64,000 nt of DNA from a virus. Lineage: Duplodnaviria; Heunggongvirae; Uroviricota; Caudoviricetes. The translations under genes and the position numbers were made by a program. The stretch is from IMG/VR virus record IMGVR_UViG_3300011008_000003; one strand, given 5' to 3'. The notes beneath the pieces were generated by a model. It had not been told where the DNA came from, did no database searches, and saw only the letters and a program-made list of their open reading frames with translations. Of this stretch, positions 57,948-64,000 are shown in pieces. Within the stretch, counting starts at the first letter, position 1. Every line of letters begins with the position of its first letter.

Positions 57948-60900
57948 ATGGCTAATTTTGTCAAAGATGTCGATTTTACTGTAAATGATAAGAGTACAAT
58001 AGATAGATTTCATGTCGAGCTGACTTTTGCTTTTGACGTATCGAACTATCTTGAAAATGACGGATTTAGAATCACGATTGAAGACTTATTGACTCATAAG
58101 AATCTTTTAATCACGTCTGAAGATTTACTGTATGGTGACGGTTATGGTCTTGTTCCAATACAAGGCGATGAAATAAATGAAGAGACAAAAGCTAAGCAAA
58201 TTAATGATAGTCTTATTGAAAATGAAGGTTTAGTTATTTTTCTTACCGGATATAATATATTGACTATCATAATGATACCGAAATGTACAAATGGTAATAA
58301 AACAATCGGATTTTATTCTTCTAATGTCTATGTTCAGTTTACCGAAGAAGAAGAAATTAATAGCATTAAGTTCTTTGCTAATCTTTTTCCGAAAATGATT
58401 AGAAATGAGACTATCGTACAGAATGAAGAAATTGATGACCCTGTTTTGAAAGAAATGAATATTAGACCGGCATTTGATTTTAATAAGAATGTTGATAAAA
58501 ATGTAAATAGGTCATTTAAATACGATACTAAGAAAATCTTTTATGCCAATACAACTTCTAAAGAATACATTGATGAAGAGGTTCCAGCATATATAAGCAC
58601 TATTTCGGCAATGGGTATTGACGATTTAGATAAGGCGATATTTGATTTCCAATATAATTGGGAAAAGGCAGAATCTTATCTTGTTGACGAAAGCACTGAT
58701 AAGAAATATGATATTGATTATACGGTAAATGAACCTGATTCTTATACATTTGAACCTGTTCCTGATTATACGACTACAGTCGATGATTATTTGATAACTC
58801 AGTATATCTACAAGGAAACTCCGGGTTTCTATAAGAATAAGCTCGTATTTAATCTCGAAAATATTCCGACTGGTACTTCATTAGAAAATCTTGTTGTAAC
58901 AATCGAAGATCTTAATCCAAAACGATTCAATAGTATGGATATTAGCGGTACAGGTACGGTTAAAATCTATAACCCGAACGTTGATTACCGTTCTCTTGAT
59001 ATTTTAACGTCTGGATTTATTGAAGATTTGTTTGAAAATCTTGACGTAGAGATTGATTATGAAGGTATAGATACATCTAAGTATGAAACTTATGGTGAAG
59101 TTACGATTCCGTTAAAGAATATTTGTTTTGATTTGCCTGAAGGCACAAAGAAGGCTGTTGGCAAATTTGGTTATTCAGCATATCTTGACATTCAGAATAT
59201 AGAAAGACTTACTCCGGAAGAAATTAGAGATATTACTTATGGTTGGGATTCTGTAGCAATAGATTATTATACAGAAGCACCTAAATTAGTTCCATTATCT
59301 GCAGAAATTGTTAGTGCTTCTCCTAATTATGCAGATAATACTATAATGCTTAATGACCCAGAAACGATTTCGGTTAAGATTACCAATTTAAATCTTGATT
59401 ATATTTCTGATGATTATCCAATTGCAATTAGTTGTACTTGGAATGGTGAAGATAAAGAGAGATCTATTATAAATGAAGATAAGTCTCATTATGCAACAGA
59501 TCATTATATTACATTCGATGTAACAGGTCTTGAAGCGACTGAAACCATAGATACATATGATTTTGTTGTTGCAGGTTATATTCAGGGTGAAGACCCAGAT
59601 GTGGAACCGCCTATTACAAAAGAACAGATGAAAACAGAAACTACCGGTTCAACCAGTATGCAATTTAAACTGTTTATTGATACTCTTGAACATTTGGTAT
59701 TTGATGAAAATTCTATTGTATATGACCCAGAATTACAGGTTGATGAAGAAGGAAATCTTGTTAAGCAGATTAAGAAAGATTTTACTCAATCATTTACAAT
59801 AGTATTAAAGAATCCAAATATTAAGTATAGAGATTCTGTTGCTTATCCGGTAAAAGTTGAAGTTGTACAAGGTGTAGACTTTTTCAATGATGCTGAAGTA
59901 TCTTGGACATATGATGCTAATTATTCAGATATGGGTGAAACTGGCGGTAAGATTATCGTAACAGTAACGAATATGCATATTGATGTTCCTAATGTTAAGA
60001 AAACTATTAGCCTTTATGCTTATATCGATGCTGATGATGCACATCATACACAAGAAGAAATTAAATACCAGACAGACGCTTCGTATGAAGATGAAGAATG
60101 GTGGATGATGGAAGACCCAGTTATTCCGTATATCTGGGAATTCATGAAGAATTATGTCATTTATACTGACTCTGTTCTTGAAACCGAAAACTCATATATT
60201 GGTGCAAGAGATATTCGTTGTGCCGGTGCAAATTTCAGCTTTACTAACGTTGAATCTAACATTTATGCTATCGGTAATTTGAACATTAACAATCATAATA
60301 GAAATCCAGATTTGCCGTATTATTTAGGAGATGAACAAGTTAATCCTGGTTCTACGTCTACTGGTCAAAGCCCAGAGCTTAATTTCTATAATAACAATAC
60401 TATTAGATATAATCTTACCGGCGAAAATAAGCCAATGCTTTATTACTATTACAACCCGGAAGATCCAGATGGAAATAATAGATTTACAAATACGAATGTT
60501 TCTGTAATTGGTGGCGACCCATTTGATGGAAGCATGATTTTGACCGATAAGATGATTCGTGAAATCCCGCAGCTTCCAGTTTATCCTGGTACTAAGGTAA
60601 TTGATATTGGACAAAATGCTACATATGATTTTGATGCAAATAAAGATACAGATTTTGATTATGATGAAGAATTGAAGATTTATAGAGCAAAATCATTTAC
60701 TGCTGGTAATAATTGTAGACTTGAATTGTGTGCTGGTGAATTCCATCTTGAAAACTTTAATGCAGATACATTTTTGGTAATCCATGTGCCTGTGTTAGAA
60801 GATGGGCAATACGTAAAATTGATGGTACAGGGCAATATTAGAATAAGTAATAACTTGACTATCATAAATGACAATGACAGGATGGATTCATTACTGTTCT

Positions 60901-61100
60901 ATAGCTATGAAGGCGATATATCGTTTGCTGCTGCTGGAGATAGTCAGGGAACTGACCGCCAGATTGGTCTTGCAGTTGCGCCTAAGGGAACTATTTCGTT
61001 AAGTAATAAGTTTATCTGGAAGGGCGGAACTTGGGCCAAGAAAGTTATTGTTCAGGCAAGGGCTGAATATCACTTACTTCCTGAAGTTGATGATGAATAA
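57948..61100 (+). CDS. Large (1050 aa) acidic structural protein with C-terminal beta-helix (choice-of-anchor A/ice-binding-like) domain
   Basis: Ig-like acidic repeats; C-terminus GLAVAPKGTISLSNKFIWKGGTWAKKVIVQARAEY resembles beta-solenoid C-ends. Confidence 0.6.
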   Translation: MANFVKDVDFTVNDKSTIDRFHVELTFAFDVSNYLENDGFRITIEDLLTHKNLLITSEDLLYGDGYGLVPIQGDEINEETKAKQINDSLIENEGLVIFLTGYNILTIIMIPKCTNGNKTIGFYSSNVYVQFTEEEEINSIKFFANLFPKMIRNETIVQNEEIDDPVLKEMNIRPAFDFNKNVDKNVNRSFKYDTKKIFYANTTSKEYIDEEVPAYISTISAMGIDDLDKAIFDFQYNWEKAESYLVDESTDKKYDIDYTVNEPDSYTFEPVPDYTTTVDDYLITQYIYKETPGFYKNKLVFNLENIPTGTSLENLVVTIEDLNPKRFNSMDISGTGTVKIYNPNVDYRSLDILTSGFIEDLFENLDVEIDYEGIDTSKYETYGEVTIPLKNICFDLPEGTKKAVGKFGYSAYLDIQNIERLTPEEIRDITYGWDSVAIDYYTEAPKLVPLSAEIVSASPNYADNTIMLNDPETISVKITNLNLDYISDDYPIAISCTWNGEDKERSIINEDKSHYATDHYITFDVTGLEATETIDTYDFVVAGYIQGEDPDVEPPITKEQMKTETTGSTSMQFKLFIDTLEHLVFDENSIVYDPELQVDEEGNLVKQIKKDFTQSFTIVLKNPNIKYRDSVAYPVKVEVVQGVDFFNDAEVSWTYDANYSDMGETGGKIIVTVTNMHIDVPNVKKTISLYAYIDADDAHHTQEEIKYQTDASYEDEEWWMMEDPVIPYIWEFMKNYVIYTDSVLETENSYIGARDIRCAGANFSFTNVESNIYAIGNLNINNHNRNPDLPYYLGDEQVNPGSTSTGQSPELNFYNNNTIRYNLTGENKPMLYYYYNPEDPDGNNRFTNTNVSVIGGDPFDGSMILTDKMIREIPQLPVYPGTKVIDIGQNATYDFDANKDTDFDYDEELKIYRAKSFTAGNNCRLELCAGEFHLENFNADTFLVIHVPVLEDGQYVKLMVQGNIRISNNLTIINDNDRMDSLLFYSYEGDISFAAAGDSQGTDRQIGLAVAPKGTISLSNKFIWKGGTWAKKVIVQARAEYHLLPEVDDE

Positions 61101-61104
61101 AAAG

Positions 61105-61131
61105 AAAACCGGTCAAAATGACCGGTTTTTT
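61105..61131. terminator. Bidirectional intrinsic terminator
   Basis: AAAACCGGTCA-AAA-TGACCGGTTTT between convergent genes. Confidence 0.8.
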
Positions 61132-61152
61132 ATTTAACAAGGAGATAAAGAT

Positions 61153-61533
61153 TTAAGAGTTGACACCCGGAATCGGAGTCAAGTTATTGCAATCGCAACC
61201 GTTGCAGCTGAAAATCTTTGTATCTGCGTCAATCTTCTTCGGCGGGAGAAGCTTATGAGTATGTCCGTCACCTGCCGGCTGGACGACACCATTGTTGATG
61301 AAATGGATATGTCCGCCAACCTGTGTTATAGGAGTAGGCTCATTGAGATTCGACGGTTCACAGATGGAATCACTGGTACGACCGTAACCAGTTTCGTCAA
61401 AAATCCAGTATTCGTGATGATGCGGACCCATAACATTGGAACCGCTAAATACGTCAGTTACACCGATTTGCGAGGTATTTTCGTTGAGCGCCATCTGCAT
61501 TTGTTCGCCAACATAATCTGTAAATTTCTTCAT
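61153..61533 (-). CDS. His-motif protein (HxH repeats, YmaF-like)
   Basis: HHHEY, GHIH and GHTH motifs plus CNGCDC. Confidence 0.6.
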   Translation of the reverse strand: MKKFTDYVGEQMQMALNENTSQIGVTDVFSGSNVMGPHHHEYWIFDETGYGRTSDSICEPSNLNEPTPITQVGGHIHFINNGVVQPAGDGHTHKLLPPKKIDADTKIFSCNGCDCNNLTPIPGVNS

Positions 61534-61561
61534 TTTGCTAATTCCTCAATATTTTACTTCT

Positions 61562-61575
61562 TTATTTATAAATAA
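61562..61575. promoter_or_regulatory. Palindromic bidirectional late promoter TTATTTATAAATAA
   Basis: Perfect palindrome between divergent genes 61533 and 61603. Confidence 0.8.
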
Positions 61576-61602
61576 TACAGATATAAAATTGGAGAAATTG
61601 TC

Positions 61603-62166
61603 ATGACACTTTATGAAGCAAAACAGCTAGTTGAACGTGCGGGCTATTCCGTCGTCAAGAAGAATCACGAAGTTACTAAGAAAGACTTCGTTACAAAGAA
61701 ATACGACAAGGATTCTGTCGAAATCGATGATAATCATGATATTGTGGTAAAGAAGAAGCAGCGTAAGCTTGCTCGTAAGTGCCCTTGCTGTGGTCGTTCA
61801 CATTGTATTTGTTCTAGTGCGGTTAAGGAAGCTCTTGCCGTTGCTGAAAAGGCTGGTTTCCAGGTTATTTCTGAACGTATTGGTGACAGCGCTGGTACGA
61901 AGCTTTCTGAAGTCTGCGAAAAGTGGCTCAGAAACGCATTTTTTGAAAAGGTTGCAAATGCTGCATCTCTCGAAGTAGCAAAGGCACAGTTCCTTGAAGA
62001 CGTTTCCAAGCTTGTCGACCATGGTGTTTCTGGTCCGAAATACAATGAAATCTGTTTTCACATAGACGAAAGCCCAAATCTCAATAAGACCTTGCTCTAT
62101 ATTGCAGGCCTTATGCAGACTGCTCAGGGACGTGGTTTGCGCCGTGACCCTCGCCGTGGCTGGTAA
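61603..62166 (+). CDS. Hypothetical protein with two copies of the LxEA..GY leader and a Cys cluster
   Basis: MTLYEAKQLVERAGYSVV and VKEALAVAEKAGFQVISE flank KCPCCGRSHCIC. Confidence 0.75.
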   Translation: MTLYEAKQLVERAGYSVVKKNHEVTKKDFVTKKYDKDSVEIDDNHDIVVKKKQRKLARKCPCCGRSHCICSSAVKEALAVAEKAGFQVISERIGDSAGTKLSEVCEKWLRNAFFEKVANAASLEVAKAQFLEDVSKLVDHGVSGPKYNEICFHIDESPNLNKTLLYIAGLMQTAQGRGLRRDPRRGW

Positions 62167-62183
62167 TAGCTGAAATCTTTAAC

Positions 62184-62212
62184 AAAACCGACCGTAATAG
62201 GCCGGTTTTTTT
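62184..62212 (+). terminator. Intrinsic terminator
   Basis: AAAACCGACC/GGCCGGTTTT stem plus T tract. Confidence 0.7.
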
Positions 62213-62284
62213 AACGAATGACAGAAAAAACTCAAACGACCTTATAAATAAAATATAGAAAAAATAATAATTTGGAGGAATCAA

Positions 62285-63259
62285 ATGGATAAAATCCTTG
62301 AAACACTCGCTCAGAAATTTACGGCCGAAGAGCTCAATGAAGTCAAGAAAATCATTGAGTCATCTGTCGACGAAAAAGTACAGGCGAAGTTAGATGCAGA
62401 AACAAAAATCGTTGCTAAGAAGGCAGAAGAATTCTGTCAGAAGAAGATTAAGGAAGCTGTAGAGAAGAAGACCGCTGAAATTGAAGAAATTGCCAATAAG
62501 TTCTGCGCAGAACGTTGCGAAGCTTTGAGCAAGGAAGCAAATGAAAAGGTCGAATCTTACAAGAAAAAGCTCGAAGAAACTTCTGAACAGTATATCTTCG
62601 AATACTTCGATCAGAAATTCCAGGAAAAGTACGGTAAGGAACTTGAAGCTATTGAAGAAAAGGTCATTACCGGTCTTGACAAGTATTTGGAATTCAACAT
62701 CAACGAAAAGATTAGCCCGGCTCTTATCCAGAAGACTGCCCTTTCTGAAACCTATGCTCCGATTATCGAAGGTATCAAGCGTCTCTTCGAAGACGAATAT
62801 GTCCCGATGGACCAGAGCGGTTCCAAGAAGATTCGTGAACTCAAGGCTGAAAATACTCACCTTGAAGAATCTCTCAAGAAGCAGCTTGACGAAAATATGC
62901 GTCTTGCTGAACTTGTAGAAAGCACTGGCAAGCGTTCTTTGATTTCCGAAAAGACTTCCGACCTCACTGCCGCTCAGCGTGTCAAGGTTAAGAAGTTCTT
63001 CAAGGAAAAGAGCCTTAACGAAACCAAGAAAGATATTGATGCGTACATCGAGATGATTCAGGAACAGACCGATTCTGTCGCTGCAATGCGTTATGAAAAG
63101 GACCGTCTCTTCGAACATCGCGAACGTCCTGTTCGCAAGACAAGCTATGTCGAAGATCGTACGAACGACCCGCTTAACGAAAAACGTGTCTCCAAGAAGC
63201 CTGAATTGAGCGCTCGCGAACGCATGTTGCTTGGTTCTGCAAACCTTTTGGACGACTAG
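62285..63259 (+). CDS. 22: Prohead core scaffold protein (T4 gp22-like)
   Basis: Coiled-coil K/E-rich protein directly upstream of gp23; VITGLDKYLE, IIEGIKRLFEDEYV, LISEKTSDLT. Confidence 0.85.
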   Translation: MDKILETLAQKFTAEELNEVKKIIESSVDEKVQAKLDAETKIVAKKAEEFCQKKIKEAVEKKTAEIEEIANKFCAERCEALSKEANEKVESYKKKLEETSEQYIFEYFDQKFQEKYGKELEAIEEKVITGLDKYLEFNINEKISPALIQKTALSETYAPIIEGIKRLFEDEYVPMDQSGSKKIRELKAENTHLEESLKKQLDENMRLAELVESTGKRSLISEKTSDLTAAQRVKVKKFFKEKSLNETKKDIDAYIEMIQEQTDSVAAMRYEKDRLFEHRERPVRKTSYVEDRTNDPLNEKRVSKKPELSARERMLLGSANLLDD

Positions 63260-63353
63260 TTACAAAAAAACGAAAAATTCAAAAAGTCGTTTATAAATAA
63301 AATATAGAATTTGAATGAAAGTTCGAAAAAATTAATTATAGGAGAATTAATAA

Positions 63354-64000
63354 ATGAAAATTACGAAATCTCAGGCCGGTATGATGGACCGTTGGAGCCA
63401 GGCTCCGAAGGGCCTCTCAGTCGCTGGCATCAAGGACAATCTCGTCCGTTATAATACTGCACGTCTTCTTGAAAACCAGCAGACTAAGAACCTCGGTACT
63501 GAACTGTTGACTGAAGACTTCACTCAGGGTGTTGGTGCTCCGCTCGGTCTCGACCAGGGTATTCCTCATGGTGGTGACGCTAGGGGTGTGTTCGCTCCGA
63601 TTTCTCTTGCCCTCGTCCGCCGCGTGTTCCCGCAGCTCTTCGCTAACGTCCTCGTTGGTGTTCAGCCGTTGACTGGCCCGGTTGGCTTGGCATTCGCCCT
63701 CCGTTACATTTACAAGACCAATAACCCGAACGAACTCGTTGAAGCCGCATGGAAGGCAGTTCCGCGCTTCTCTGGCTTTACTGGTTCTACCGCCAACAAC
63801 GACGGTGAATGGGATGCAGGTACTGGTGTTGATACTCAGTCTGCAGAAGGTTGGAAGATCACTGGCCCGACGTTTGGTTCTGATGACCCGTCTGTAAGCC
63901 GTAAGATGCCGGAAATCGGCCTTATGCTCAGCCGTCAGTCTATCGTTGCTAAGACTCGTAAGCTCGCTGCTTCCTTCTCTCTCGAATCTGCTGCCGACAT
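63354..64000 (+). CDS. 23: Major capsid protein (T4 gp23-like), 5' partial in window
   Basis: Manual translation MKITKSQAG...ARLLENQ...LVRRVFPQLFANVLVGVQPLTGPVGLAFALRY...IVAKTRKLAASFSLESA; runs off the window end. Confidence 0.96.
   Translation, partial: MKITKSQAGMMDRWSQAPKGLSVAGIKDNLVRYNTARLLENQQTKNLGTELLTEDFTQGVGAPLGLDQGIPHGGDARGVFAPISLALVRRVFPQLFANVLVGVQPLTGPVGLAFALRYIYKTNNPNELVEAAWKAVPRFSGFTGSTANNDGEWDAGTGVDTQSAEGWKITGPTFGSDDPSVSRKMPEIGLMLSRQSIVAKTRKLAASFSLESAAD

Noticed and set aside
1-64000. Alternative genetic code (TAG or TGA reassignment as in some gut megaphages)
   Set aside because: Core genes are full length under code 11, and TAG ends genes cleanly (9482, 13460, 22759, 63259) before promoters or terminators.

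Overview
This window is a 64-kb piece of a large T4-like (Tevenvirinae-related, probably jumbo) myophage genome read in the standard genetic code. It carries replication and transcription genes (PolB N-terminal half, gp62 clamp loader, gp55 late sigma, RegA, RuvC-like resolvase) and host-like genes (IF-1, ClpP, SpoVG, a three-domain GroES, two glycosyltransferases). It also carries a scrambled T4-type morphogenesis set: gp13, gp14, gp4, gp16, gp6, gp20 portal, gp18 sheath, several gp19-like tubes, gp22 scaffold and the start of the gp23 major capsid gene. The most striking observations are: (1) a small ORF carrying a 21/27-identical copy of the predicted mature N-terminus of the major capsid protein behind a leader motif shared by several unrelated small proteins, suggesting a capsid-targeting/protease-processing system; (2) a stand-alone large-terminase C-half starting with an atypically split intein whose partner is not in the window; (3) a GroES triple fusion; (4) late promoters TATAAATA placed exactly 4 nt before ATG, implying leaderless late mRNAs, often as palindromic bidirectional promoters, in a phage that encodes its own IF-1; (5) a ~380-nt highly structured intergenic RNA candidate. 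All family assignments come from motif recognition by eye; no database search was run.
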